A stretch of DNA of 61,613 bases, the filler included, from Hausera hauseri (Eukaryota), in the NCBI GenBank assembly GCA_046269625.1. It is 12 parts of 12 records of this genome, joined end to end, with 100 filler letters (N's around TTAATTAATTAA, not from the genome) between each part and the next. Parts side by side here need not be neighbours in the genome. Positions count along the whole stretch, not along the records: positions 1 to 6,312 come from JBJURY010114432.1; positions 6,413 to 10,770 come from JBJURY010618998.1; positions 10,871 to 16,450 come from JBJURY010226964.1; 9 more parts are not named here. One strand, 5' to 3'. Positions 1 to 12,674 of this stretch are shown one piece after another. The notes beneath the pieces were generated by a model. It did not search any database. It was not told the origin of the DNA and saw only the letters and a list, made by a program, of their open reading frames with translations. Position numbers and translations under genes: made by a program. The first letter of the stretch is position 1; the number at the start of each line of letters is the position of its first letter.

Positions 1-173
1 GCTTTTTCGAAAGGCAGTGCACACAAATCGTTTTTATTCTCTGTGAAGAGGTGAAATTCAGTGTAATGTCACCGGAACAATGAGCATTGTTTTGTGTCAC
101 TGAAGCAACAACAACGCGAAATGAACGCAAAGAATTTGGCTTTGGTTATATGGACAAAACCACCTATGTTTAA
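1..173 (+). pseudogene. dUTPase C-terminal fragment (Maverick)
   Basis: AFSKGSA..QIVFILCEEVKFSVMSPEQ...RNERKEFGFGYMDKTTYV; matches the tail of the dUTPase at 47937-48407. Confidence 0.8.
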
Positions 174-253
174 TGATTGTGATAATAATAATAATAATAG
201 TTAGTTGTTTTGTTTGTGTAATAAACCAAAAATGATTTTGTACATGATAAGTA

Positions 254-742
254 ATGGCGACAGGATTTATGGATATTGAAACTTTCCAAGATTATAATGC
301 CAGGTACATAATAAATGGATTATGCATTATGGACGTCGGTAACATTTTCAAACCGCTTGTGTGAGTATTCAAGCCCGGTATTGTGTGGAATGACCTGATG
401 GAAAAGGCGAAATTTACAATATGATTTTTCTTTCGACATCGTCATGGACTTCATTGGTATGAAGGCAATTCAACGTTTTGTGCGCCGTGTATTACGGGAG
501 AGATTTGTGATCGTTTTGACATTGAGAATATAATATTTTACATTAAAGATCAAATTGAAGGACAAAAGTTTACACAACTCCATTCACAATTTCCCGAGTT
601 GCGAATGACGATATATTCAACATCAAACAGCTTGCTGGCGATGGAACCTGACAATATTATACGTCCGTATCGTGATCATAGACTGCATTGTGCATACAAA
701 AAATGTCTACGGCTTTGTATTGACTATATTTTATGCAAATAA
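254..742 (+). pseudogene. DEDD/DnaQ-like exonuclease-fold protein of Maverick type
   Basis: MATGFMDIETFQ..CIMD..VFKPGIVW..HGLHWYEG...HRLHCAYKKC, with stops and frameshifts; homolog at 47617-47852 on the minus strand. Confidence 0.55.
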
Positions 743-914
743 ATAAATGCATTCCTCTGTTTCTTTCTTTCTTCCTGTAAATAAGGTCCGCGACATAAGG
801 TCCGTATTAGTCAGTTGAATAGTTCAAAAACTATAAATACGGGTAGGTTATAGTAATAATAATAATCATTATGGCAATAGTTAATAAACTGAAGCAATTC
901 CAAATTTTGATGGA

Positions 915-1353
915 TTGTCAATTTCAGACTTGGTACGATGGTGGCAAATACTCGATAGTAAATTAATTGCGACTGCAGCAGGTGATTTTGAATTTAAAGA
1001 AGATTTAGCGTCAATAGCATTGATGGCAGCAACAGATTGTAGCTCTATAGGAAATCTAATTGTGTTAAATCAAATGTACATTCACCGATTGTACGTTACA
1101 AATTACTTTAATACTGTTGAAACGTACGCGGTGAATTAACGAACTTTAAAGAGAAAACAATAGACAAAATACAAAACTGTCAGTTCATGTGTATTATGTA
1201 AACAAAGAAAAGTGGATACGGTATTCTTAATATGCGGCCATCTTGTTGTTTGTCAAATGTGTTCCATCACCACCATAGTAGTCTACCAATGTCCAGAATG
1301 TAAATGTGCTATAATGGAAATTGTACACATTTATTACGAAAGACGTCTTCAAT
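915..1353 (+). pseudogene. IAP-type C3HC4 RING finger protein
   Basis: Same frame as ORF 915-1139; after two stops it reads CVLCKQRKVDTVFLICGHLVVCQMC...CPECKCAI (from 1188). Confidence 0.75.
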
Positions 1354-1537
1354 AACAGAACGAAAGAGTGTCATGGGCTTCAATGACGAGGAGGTCATTA
1401 TAATTGGTATGTATCATTGTGATATGAGACAATACTCACAAAGTAAATGTCTATTGTTTACAATGGAAACAAACCGGTATAAACAAATTTGTTATAAATA
1501 CAAATGTAATTTCCTTTCACGTTTGTCTTATTAAAAA

Positions 1538-2000
1538 ATGTCTTTGGAAAACAATTCAGCAGGTGACAGTTCCGCGAGTCTCTGAAGAAACCACGGTATG
1601 GCGAATATTCGTCCAGAAATTCCCGGTTGTATAATGGATACAACTTACATTATCTGCGGAACGCTATTCAATTGCCATTGACTCAAACGTCAAAATCAAA
1701 CCGGTGAAATATGGCCTTTTGGTAAAAAAGATCAGCGACGATGATTTGGATACAATGAAAGACACAATTAAAAAAGTTTATAGTGATTTGGCGTAGAGCA
1801 TCGATATCCGAGATATATCGTCGATTATTCTTAACGGAAATATGGCGAAAATTGTCAGTTCACATGGTAAAGAAACAGCAGCAGCAGTTTTTCCATTGGA
1901 AGGAGCTAAAGGCTACCTGACATTGATGCTGAAAGGATTCAAGGAAAGGAGCGATATCAAATCCCCGATATGGAAAGTGGGGAAGTTTCCTATGATTTAA
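1538..2000 (+). pseudogene. Unknown Maverick protein (possible OB-fold), paralog of 48501-48900
   Basis: C-terminal LTLMLKGFKERSDIKSPIWKV versus LNIKLQGYKEKAGIKSPIWCV in the other contig. Confidence 0.5.
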
Positions 2001-2299
2001 CTAACTTACTTTGTGTGTTTTTGTTATTTTAGTTTTTCTCCGATCAGTAAATAATTGTATTCGTGTTACGTATTTCCTTTTCTAGTGTAAGGTTATTCTT
2101 TTACTTTTACTTCTATCTTACTTAATAATAATAGGTTAAGTAAGTCACCGAAAACAAAACACAAAAACCACTGATCAAAATACGTTATTGAAATATAAAA
2201 AACAATATACATCTGATAATTGTCAATGATTGTCACAGTAATTAAAATGAACTGAACTGATTTGTCTGAACCGACAGAGCACCGATTGTTTTGACGCGC

Positions 2300-5176
2300 C
2301 CAATTCTTATTTCGTTCCACCCACTTTCGCTTATGATCGTTACATGACAAAGCGACTTTCGCACTAGTTATTGTGTACAGCTGGTGTTCAATTGATCGGA
2401 TGATTGTTTGCGACACAACAGCCACTGATTGTCCTCTTTCTGCCGTTTTTTCATATATACGGCGATAGTCACCGCGGTCGACTTCCGTCTGTCTCAGCCG
2501 GACTCCTTTTTCCCGCATTTTCGGTCCACAGTCCGTCAGAAGACTGTAGCACTTTGGGCGTAGGAATATCCATTCCCGATACCAGACACGACCTTCACAT
2601 TCATCCTTGAAGCAGCCGATTTTGTTGGTGATCGCGCTGTTGTACAATGGATGATCCGGTGGATAGTTGCACGTGTCCAGTAATCCATCTGACTGAATTT
2701 TCTGCAGTAGCTGTTCGCAATTGACTTTTTTGCAGCCGCAGAAACAAAATTCTGTGTCACCGGCAATAATATTAATGTCACAGCCGTCAAACATTTACCG
2801 GTAATGTGCCAAATCGCAATACTGTAGCTCATACATCCGCAACTTGCTCAGGTCCAATACCACCTGTCCGATGTAACTTGGCCGGTCGAGAATAACTTCT
2901 TCTCTGTTTAACAGCACCACAACCAATCCATCGGCAATGTGCATTGACATCAAACAGTCTGTACATTTCCGGGTCTTGCAGCAGCTCAATGTCTCAATCC
3001 AATGACATTAGAGCTAACGCCCAACTCATTCCTGGTATAGAATAAAAGTTGAGTTGCTCCAGCCTATTTTCAGCCAACGCTTTCGCTCAAAACGCCTGGA
3101 ACACATCGGCTAATAAGCACACGTTCAGTTTAAGATACTGGAACATGTAATCCGACATTTTTCTACAGCCGAGTTCTGTCCAACACCTCTGTGCTTTCCG
3201 GTATTCATCCTCTGCAATACCAGTCCATGGCGGCGGTAATTCCTCTGCTGTCCGGAGTCGCCCATATGATGTTGCAAAGTAATATGGAAATATGCCTTTG
3301 CTGCGTGAAATATGTGCGAGGAAGTGCGTCAGTGCTATCTGCACATCTGGCAAGGCATTTAATAGCTTTGCCAATGATTCATTGAGAAATTGCAATGAAT
3401 CAAGTATGCGTACCTGGAACTGGTGTATACAAGCAGACAGTGACAGGTATTTCTCCACTGTAGTCGGATTTATGGATAGTTACCAGTGCGGAAATCCGTT
3501 TATTGCCCATTTCAAAATACGGTGACAATCATAACCCCTGAAGTTATGAAATACCACCGGTAAGAATGGTCGTACACGCCTTGCCAAATTTCATGAATTA
3601 CATGCTGCTCCAAAATATCGACCAGTAAAATGATGGGGATCCGGTACGAGCCATTACAGTGCATCACACGGGAATATTTTGTGAAACAGGTAACATTCAT
3701 CTGTGACTGCAAACGTCAGGCGTTCATCTTTATTTGTCCACATTAAAGGTTTATTGCTATTTCTACTGTATCAGGGTGCGATTTCAGTTTCCACTATGGT
3801 TTGCAACTGCTGCAAGAAATCGCGTACACAATTCCGTCTGTGGAAAACATAATATTGAGGTTAACCTGCGGCTTTTATTGGGATAACCAACATACCGACG
3901 GCGATTGGAACATGTTTTTGGTCATATATGTTGTGTCGTAATAAGATAGCTTCAATATCGTCATATGCTACATATGCCGGAATGTCTGTTTTTGACCAAT
4001 CAGTGAACCTGAGTCCCTGTTTGACGGGCATGACATACATTGTGATTCCTGACGAATTTTGTCTGCACAGAGTCACATGTTTTTCCCATATTGTTTCCGA
4101 CCTGCATCTATGAAGACATACAGGACACCATTTACACTGTATCCGTTTTTCGAGGAAATGGTCATGCTCCATGTTCAGTAGTCTGTCCAGATTTGTCACT
4201 ACAATGTAATGGTACTTTTTTCTTGTTCCAGTAGCAACAAATTTACTGAGCAGCCATTTGGGTTCCGACTACGATATATTATATACACATGAGGATTTTT
4301 GTAAATTTCTTCATCTTCCGGTATTTCTACGACTGTGTTGTACCGAAACACGTTGATTATTAGTGTCGGATTACGCCGTCGAATAGCCGGAATGGATTTC
4401 AGTTTCATCGGCATCCAGCTTTCATCGAAATCCAATTTGGAAAAATATTTCTGGTACTGTTTTGGACGAGATGCACTATGTCTTTCCACTTCGCAATATT
4501 TCAATACCGCCAGAATACTGTAAAGAAAACAGTATTCATCATTAGAATTTTTTACATTCACTACCGCCAGAGACTACTTCGGAGCTGCAGGTGTCGGTAT
4601 GAATGATCGTCCAGACAAATATATTATGTCACTCGACTTTGTTTTGATAAAGCCGAGGGTGAGAATTTGTATAATTCGCCATCCACTACCGTTTTCCGTG
4701 TAGTTGGCGATTTTCTCCTTGAGCTTTTCGCCTACGTCGGCAATAAAATAATTGGCATATGGTACAGCTCGATGTGACAGGTACCATTGTTTCCTGTCGC
4801 TTTTAACGTTTCCAAATTCTGCAAGTGCATAATATTGCACTTTGCAGTGTTGTTGTTGGAATTTCTCCACTTCTGATTCCAACCGGTTGTGCACATTTTG
4901 CGGAACATGTCTCAATTGCGTTGTTCTTGTTATTTCCGCAGACAGGGCCGCTTTTATGTTTACGTACGATCTGTTCAGATCGTATTTGACATTAATGTCG
5001 GATTCCTGTTGTATCTGTTCCTCTTGCTGTTGCTGCTTCTGCTGATTCTGCTGTTGTTCTTCTTCTTCTTGCAGCTCGGTACTGGTTCTGATGTATTTGT
5101 CCAAACTTGCTGATGCCTTACATTTCCTACTGGTTGTTTTTGTTGAAGGGATGCTGTTGATTTTTGTTGATTCCAT
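2300..5176 (-). pseudogene. Protein-primed family B DNA polymerase (pPolB), fragmented and internally deleted
   Basis: Motifs in order: GSGW..SFIPTP, NVKNSNDEYCFLYSILA, DPHHFTGRYFGAACNS (Endo VII-like insert), VFHNFRGYD, ILDSLQFL, KGIFPY, LLADVF, PSYIGQVVLDLSK, GDTE (motif C variant), KIGCFKDE, LRPKCYS, KVALS. Confidence 0.9.
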
Positions 5177-6312
5177 TAATATTTGTTTTTTCGACCTCCA
5201 CTGAAGCTGGTTTAGTGGTCTTGGTGATCATTGTAAAATTGTTCATAGTTGATTTCATCAACTATTGAACAACCGCGACAAATATTGTCCCGTTTACCGT
5301 GCACCTTTGTGGCGCCATAGTATTGCTCTATTGCTCGTGCACTGTACTTTTACAATACTGTGGGTACATCGGGCAATGCACTACCATCATCTTCTTCGAC
5401 CGTGTATACGGTCCGAGATAATGCTTGCGTACCTCATAAAAATCGGGTGCGGACAATGGGCTGAAATATTACACGTCGGACACAGATGTGTCCATTCCAA
5501 CGTTGTAATATTTCACCATCTGTTGATGGCACTGTTCTGCCTCTTCGTGCATGCGAGAGACGCAGTACTTGAGATATTGTGAACCTTTCTAAATTTAAAC
5601 AAATTAAAGTAAATGTTATCTTTAAATTGAAAACATTAAATACAATTAAATAATAAACTGATATACACTTATATACACTAACTTATTTCTTTTACGCATG
5701 TATAAACATATCAGCCATATTACATACTACAACTTAAATGGTAGAGTAAATTGAAAGTGAAATTCGGAAATGGACAGATGAAATAATGACTGGACACGTT
5801 TGACGTTCAGTATCTGTGTGAGCTGATAGAAACCAGAATAATGAGCAGACAAGAGTATATTGAATTAATAGTCCGATTTCTCTTCATAAAACGTATCGAA
5901 GATGAGTGGGGAAGAAAGCGGCAACGACGGATTAATTTCGTCATTGGAATTATATTTTCTGCTTCGCTTTGTATTGTAATGAAAAAGTTGATTCACCGTA
6001 TTTAATCACAAATATATATTAGTTCGCTATGTTTGTTTTCGCGAATAAATATAATTTATATGTTACATTTCAGTATAAATACTTGTGCTTCTTTACGGTA
6101 TGACATTACGACATGTCCCATTTAACAGAACGCGTTCGTTTATATCACTCGTTCGACGGTCTCCGGAGTCATCCTTACAATCTTGATTGACATTTACATG
6201 ATGGACAATACTGTTTGCCCAAGAGATACTCCGGCGTGATGAGGAGAATTGAAGGGCACGAGAACCTTATCTACGACATATGAAGCAGGTTCTTAGTGAT
6301 ATAAACACGATA

Positions 6313-6412
6313 NNNNNNNNNNNNNNNNNNNNNNNNNNNNNNNNNNNNNNNNNNNNTTAATTAATTAANNNNNNNNNNNNNNNNNNNNNNNNNNNNNNNN
6401 NNNNNNNNNNNN
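6313..6412. other. Artificial contig-joining linker (N44-TTAATTAATTAA-N44); first of 11
   Basis: Same 100-nt spacer with an all-frame stop cassette at 6313-6412, 10771-10870, 16451-16550, 25587-25686, 30005-30104, 34169-34268, 38693-38792, 42888-42987, 47517-47616, 52751-52850 and 57255-57354. Confidence 0.97.
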
Positions 6413-8672
6413 CAAAAGACAGCTTTTGTAACTGCAGATGGACATTATGAATTTAACCGGATGGCATTCGGGATGAAAAATGCCCCAGCAACATTTCAAA
6501 CTGCTATGGATATAATTACAATGGATGCACCACATATAATGTGTTATGTAGGTGATGTAATAATTGCATCAACCGATTATAAGCAGCACAAGGAACACCT
6601 TAAAGATATGTTAGAGAGATATGCACTTCTAGGAATAAAAGTTAGTTTCAAAAAATGCTAGTTTGCTCGAACCAAAGTAGACTTCCTAGGCCACACAGTA
6701 ATCCGAGAAGGCACTAGTCCTCAAAATGTAAAGATAAATAAAATCCAAGATTTTTCAGTCCGAAAGACGGTTAAGGGAGTCCGAAACTTTCTTGGCTTCA
6801 CAGGCTACTATTGAAAATTTGTTAAAAATTATCAAGAGATAGCTTCACCTCTGCATTCATTACTACAAGAAAATTCTAAACTTGTTTGGACTCAAGAAAG
6901 TCAAAAGGTTTATTAACAATTAAAAGATAATCTATTAGCTGCACCTATATTAGCGTACCCAGACATGTCGAAACCATATTTTATAGCAAAAGACGCAAGC
7001 AAAATTGGAATTGGAGTTGTCCTATCACAGAAGGATGATCAAGGTCAAGAACATCCTATATCGTTTGGAGGAAGAAAACTGAGAAAACATAAGAACTATT
7101 CAACAATCGAACGTGAACTTCTTGCAATAGTTTATGCGTTAGAACAGTATGGCCAATATTTATCGGAAATTAAACCGATCGTTATTTACACTGATCATAA
7201 ACCACTACAGTGGTTGAAAAATCATAAGAACCCAAATAGCCGACTGATGAAATGGGCAATGTTGCTTCAGCCATATGATCTGAAGTTTGAATATAAAATG
7301 TGGAAAGAGAATGCTAATGCGGATTATATGTCAAGAATGCCAGAAGATATAGATCAAATTGAAAAAGAATCCACGGATAGACCTGGTGTCATAGCAGCAA
7401 TATGGAGTATTACAGAAAAGGAAAGATCACTATTACAAAAACAGCAAAATGATGAACAAATTAAATAAATCAAGAAATACTTAAAGAGAAAAGTAATACC
7501 CAGTGACATTGATCTCTATGCCCATTTTAAAAAGTTTGTCGAAAATTATGAAATAAAGGATGATGTACTATATTACTATTATAAAGGAAAACCAGTTGTA
7601 ATTGTTCCCCAAGAAGATATAAAATTGTTATTGACACAGTACCATGATGGCATGATGGGAGGTCACCAATCAGTAAAAAGAACCTTAGAAAGATTGAAAA
7701 GAAAATATTATTGGTATACTATGACTAAAGATGTTCAAGATTGGTGCAAGAGTTGCCCAATCTGTGCCACTAGAAAGAAAACCGGTTCAAAAATTAAAGT
7801 TCCTCATAAACCATTAGAATGTCCATTAGCCCCAATGGAATTTTTAGCCATGGATATCCTAGGATCGTTACCTATGACGATAAATGAAAACAAATACATG
7901 CTAGTGTTCGTCGACTTATTCTCCAGATGGCCAGTTCTAATACCAATACCAGATCAAAAAACCCAGACTATTGCTCGAGCCTTCGTCGAAGAAATTGTTT
8001 TCATTTATGGTGCGCTAATCAAATTATTGGCGGACCAAGCACCGAACTTCACAGGAGAAGTTATGGCGGTAATATCAAAAATATCTCAGATACTACAGTT
8101 GAAAACTACTTCGTACCATCCTCAAACAAATGGAACAGTGGAGAGATTTAAGGGATTATTAACTAATATGTTGGCTACCATGGTTAATGAACGACAAAGC
8201 GATTGGGACGAGTATATTAAGCTGTGTTTATTCGCTATTAGAAATACAATTAACCCGGCAACAAAAGAAACACCTGTTTATTTAATGTATCTTAGAGATA
8301 CTCATATGCCAATCGATTTGGATTTTAAAATGCCTGTGTCTCACTTGAAAGACGTAGAGTATAAAGAATTATTACAAGAAAAATTAGGATATGTATGGAA
8401 CTTACCCTAAGGTCACATAAAGATATGTCAAAAAGAATATAAAGATCGCTATGACGAAAAAGCAAAACCACACAACTTTAAACCTGGAGATAAGGTAATG
8501 TTGCATACCCCATTGAGTAAAAAGGGAAAGACACCAAAATTGGACAGACCATATAAAGGCCCATATATGGTCCAAAAAGTAGATGAAACTAACATACTTA
8601 AATAAAAATAAAAGAAATAAAATAGATTCAAAAGTCCATGTAAATAGATGTAAGCTCGCACCGACAGAATGA
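6413..8672 (+). pseudogene. pol: Ty3/Gypsy pol (RT C-term, RNase H, integrase), lineage A
   Basis: MAFGMKNAPATFQ, CYVGDV, DASKIGIG..YSTIERELLA..YTDHKPL, HHCC zinc finger, YHPQTNGTVER, YKGPY; RT closely similar to 16100-16450. Confidence 0.93.
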
Positions 8673-9975
8673 AAATAAGGAACGAAAACCTCAGTTCATT
8701 ATTAATGACAACATTTTTAATACTAACTTTAGTGACTAGTATATCAGCCCAGTCCTTGGATGTAACTTACAAAGCCGTACAAGTTGGAAAATACCCTTGT
8801 ATAAAAATTACGGCTAATCAAAATTTAACAACACATGAATATATACATATACTCATATCGAAATTACCTATAGTGGAGAAAGCAATGCCAGAAAACTGCA
8901 ATTTGTATTATAATAATTCAATACACATTTGTTGTGGGCTTTCGTTTGGAGAAGTGTATAGGATCAAATATGCAATTGGAAAGAGTGATCACAGCTACAG
9001 AACATATTTCTCATTCCCTGGTACTACCCATTATTTCCATCGACCCTATTTTCTTATTTCATTTTACACTAAGATAATGAGAAACGGACCCTGTGTAACG
9101 GCGAAACCCGACGTTGCAATTACGAGATATGTTCCATTCAAATACAATATATTCGATGGAACTAATAATACATATTGTGAACTAAGCTATCAAAATCTGT
9201 ATATATGTTGTCATATTGTTTTTGATAAAGAATATGCGATATATTATTGGACCACGTGTAACGGTTATACTTGATCAAAAACCTCGGATGGTCCAAAGAT
9301 AATAGTGAGATCTCCAGTAAGAAAAACTACTACTTCAAGAAAACAACTATTTCGACAATGCGATCTAGCATTTCTACGATATCAACAACGGAACCCAAGA
9401 AGGTTATTAAAGAATTAGATATAATTATCCAACCAACAACCTACTCATTGGCATTACGGTATCTGATTTAAAATCCACGAATATAAAATTTGAGTGTCAT
9501 TCTGATCATAAAGTAGTCAGCGAAGGAGTGTTAACTCCGGACGAACCAACATCGGCCTGTATGCTTTAAAAGCTGACACTAATTATAGAATTGTTATAAC
9601 AGAGCAAGACGAAGATGGACAAGTTCTACAAGTTGTTAGAAAGATAGAAAAAACGTTGAAATCACCAATGACCGTTCCAAAGAGAGTCATAAAAACAACT
9701 ACTATATAAGTTCAAAGAGAAACTTCTAATAAATACCTTTGGATAATGAGTATACTATGTGTTCTTTTAATATTATTAGTCATACTGTTACCTTTAATAA
9801 TTTATTGCTCAGAAATGAGATGGTGACGCCGTATAACAATAGAAATATTAAATCAATTAAAAATTTTAAGGGAAGACTCACAAGATGAGTCAAAAGGGAA
9901 TATAAGTGCGCTTAATAATGAAATTCCACAAATTTCTAAACGGCAAAATTGTCCGTCAATAAAGAAACCATAGGT
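8669..9975 (+). pseudogene. Post-integrase type I membrane protein (signal peptide, two Cys-rich repeats, S/T stalk, TM)
   Basis: Signal LLMTTFLILTLVTSISA; two PC...C.L.Y.N..ICC...F...Y.I.Y units; S/T-rich 9340-9400; TM YLWIMSILCVLLILLVILLPLIIYC at ~9735-9810; broken by stops and frameshifts. Confidence 0.65.
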
Positions 9976-10124
9976 CAAAAAGCCGACCAATCCTGAATGG
10001 CAAGATTGCCCGTTAACTCCTCTTAGCAATAAAAAGTCGAATAAGTAAACGACAAGATTGTCGAACAGCAGATATAATTGTATATTACTGTACAAAGATA
10101 CAGACCGAAGTTACTAAATTTCTT

Positions 10125-10649
10125 GTGACCCCTAAAAACTGTAAACCAAATAAAAGTACCTTTGTTTATACTCCTTTTCTCAAATCTTCTTGGCCAATAT
10201 TTATTTATTTCTTTTTAGTTCAAGAAAGATCCGAGGTTGCAGACAAAACCAAGTCGTTCTATTTTAACATTATCAGTAATCTAAACCAAACGGATAATAA
10301 AGATTATGTCTATTATGGCAAAGCGAATATTATACCGAACAACCTAAAAGGTCACGTTCTCCATCAAAGATCTGGACTGATCATGAAACTACCCAATGCC
10401 TCTACAAAACTATCAAATTTAATCGACATTTCTAGCCTAACTATGTCAGTTTTCATATCTGTAGCAAAGGGCAATCTCCAAATAAAAAGCCGAACACACT
10501 TAAATGATTTCACTGGCACCCTCGGTGTCACGGTTTACACCACAATCCGATTGGATAAGAAATTCTATAGAAATGTTACAATTATTTTGCAAACATATGG
10601 TGGTCCATCTCCGATATATATTATAAACCTTCCATCCGATGGATTATGA
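10125..10649 (+). CDS. Unknown ORF downstream of the membrane ORF, with a hydrophobic signal-like segment and N-glycosylation sequons
   Basis: 174-aa ORF; SWPIFIYFFLVQ segment; NQT, NAS and NVT sequons. Confidence 0.4.
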   Translation: MTPKNCKPNKSTFVYTPFLKSSWPIFIYFFLVQERSEVADKTKSFYFNIISNLNQTDNKDYVYYGKANIIPNNLKGHVLHQRSGLIMKLPNASTKLSNLIDISSLTMSVFISVAKGNLQIKSRTHLNDFTGTLGVTVYTTIRLDKKFYRNVTIILQTYGGPSPIYIINLPSDGL

Positions 10650-10982
10650 AAAGCCTATTTATCCCTCAAACTTGCCCAATCGTGACAATTTACAGCTGGA
10701 ATATTTTTTAAAGAGTACCATTAAAATCAAGAGATCAAATAGTTATATTAGCGACAAATTTTGCTTATCTNNNNNNNNNNNNNNNNNNNNNNNNNNNNNN
10801 NNNNNNNNNNNNNNTTAATTAATTAANNNNNNNNNNNNNNNNNNNNNNNNNNNNNNNNNNNNNNNNNNNNGAAGTAGAGTTAACGCTAATATTACAATTT
10901 CACGCACTGATTCAGCAAGGAGTAGTTCTGAATCAGACGAAAACCCCATTGATCGAACCAAATACTTACAGAAAGGAACTCA

Positions 10983-11760
10983 ATGTCTAGTTCTGGAATA
11001 GGAACTGGCTCAAGTACAACTGGTACAATGGTCCTTCCGACTGACAAGTTGGAAGGAAAACCAGACCAAGATTATAGTAAGTTTTTAATGCAATACCAAA
11101 TGTATTCACAAAGTTTTGAATGGTCAGATGAACTTAGTATATAATGCCTTCCCTTACATCTTAAAGAAATAGCACTTGGTGCTTATGCTCAGCTTGCGGA
11201 TGATGACAAAGCTGATTGGGCTAGCCTTATAAACGCCCTGGAAGAAAGATTCTTATTAGACTCGTGAGGAAAAGGTCAAATAGGAGAGTTTAACAGGCGA
11301 CGCCAAAGGGAAGGCGAAACAGTAAAAGAGTTTGCATGTGCCCTTCAGAAACTGGTTCAGAGAGCGTATGTAGATGTTGATGTAATGAAAGATGCTCTCC
11401 TGGAGCAATTCTGTTTATGGAGTTAATGAAGAAAATCAAAATTATAGTATCGTTTCCGACCTTGACACTTATAAAGAAGCTGTCAGCAAGGCTAGAAAAA
11501 ATTGAATTGAACTATGAGAGAATAGAAAATACGAAAAAGCCTCTCAAAACTGATGATAAAAAAGTGAAAATTTTTCAGCCGAAGAAAAATTTTCAAAAGC
11601 TGTTTTATAAAGTTCAGAATCAAACAGAACAGACGAAGAAGGCTGTGGCAGCAAGACCAACCTCAAAAATCTGCGATGAGGAAACAAACGGTTAACCAGA
11701 ACGGACAACCATTATGCATTGCCTGTCAAAAAAACGGATATTGTTCGCTCTTGTCCTAAC
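10983..11760 (+). pseudogene. gag: Ty3/Gypsy gag (capsid plus CCHC knuckle), lineage A
   Basis: LPLHLKEIALGAY..WASLINALEERF..RRQREGETVKEFACALQKLVQRAY; frameshifted knuckle CIACQKNG..IVRSCP at ~11715-11760. Confidence 0.85.
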
Positions 11761-12674
11761 CAAGGACAGAATGTTGACATAGTAGGCAATATATCTGATA
11801 CGGATAATGAACACGAAACTACAGATAGAGCCTAAAAAAGCAATTGAAAAGCTACAGTAGAAAATTAGATATAAACTAAAAGTAAACTAATAAAGTAGAA
11901 GATGAAAATAAGAGCTTAATTAAAACAGCTGTATCTTGAATTATGGAACAACAAATCCGTGAGAGAAGACAAAAAATGAACGACAAAAATTCAATCATCG
12001 CTCCCGTTGGCAGGTCCAAAAAGACTCCTATATCAGAATCGGATATAGAAAAGAAGAGTTAAGAAAAAGGATAAACCTCTGATACAAGAGGAATTATAGA
12101 CTCCGGAACAGAACTTATCCTCCGGAAGTGGAAGTGAAAATAGTGAGTCAAGTGGAGAAAATGAACCCAGGGACGATAAAAAGAACGAGGAAAAAGAAAA
12201 TAAAGGAAAAATCTCCAAATTATGAGTCTTCACCTGTGGATTTCGACCAGGATGGCATAGAAATAGTTCGGAAAATATCCAGCTATGCCAACCAATAATT
12301 AATCAATGGCACTCGGTTTAGACAAGACCTGTCCATGTTAATGTCACCAACAATAAGCCATCAACAGTTTGCTAATTTATTGGACTTGTTGTTAATGTAT
12401 GCTGCTGGCACAAGTCCATATCAGAATGTTGTGCGATATATGATTTATCGGTACGCTAATAAAGTGACGACAGTCGGGGAAAATCCTGAAGTAATGGTTA
12501 CTCTCTAACAGTATAACCAGGACTTTCATGTTCTGAGGATGAAATCTTTAGACATAATAGCTATATTAAAACAAAATTAATGAATCGGCCTCAACTACAC
12601 AACAAAGAACAGAATATCGTCCACCACAATAATCAGAGAGACAACGAAATCTACAAGCAGATTTCAATTTATCA

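Larger units (their letters stand above)
1..6312. mobile_element. Decayed Maverick/Polinton (adintovirus-like) fragment
   Basis: Protein-primed PolB on the minus strand, plus a dUTPase/DEDD-like/RING cluster whose first ~550 nt are homologous to the reverse complement of 47617-48110 in the integrase/ATPase/penton contig. Confidence 0.85.

Noticed and set aside
6357-6368. TTAATTAATTAA recurring at intervals, resembling a repeat array or CRISPR
   Set aside because: Always embedded in N-runs of fixed length; it is an assembly linker.
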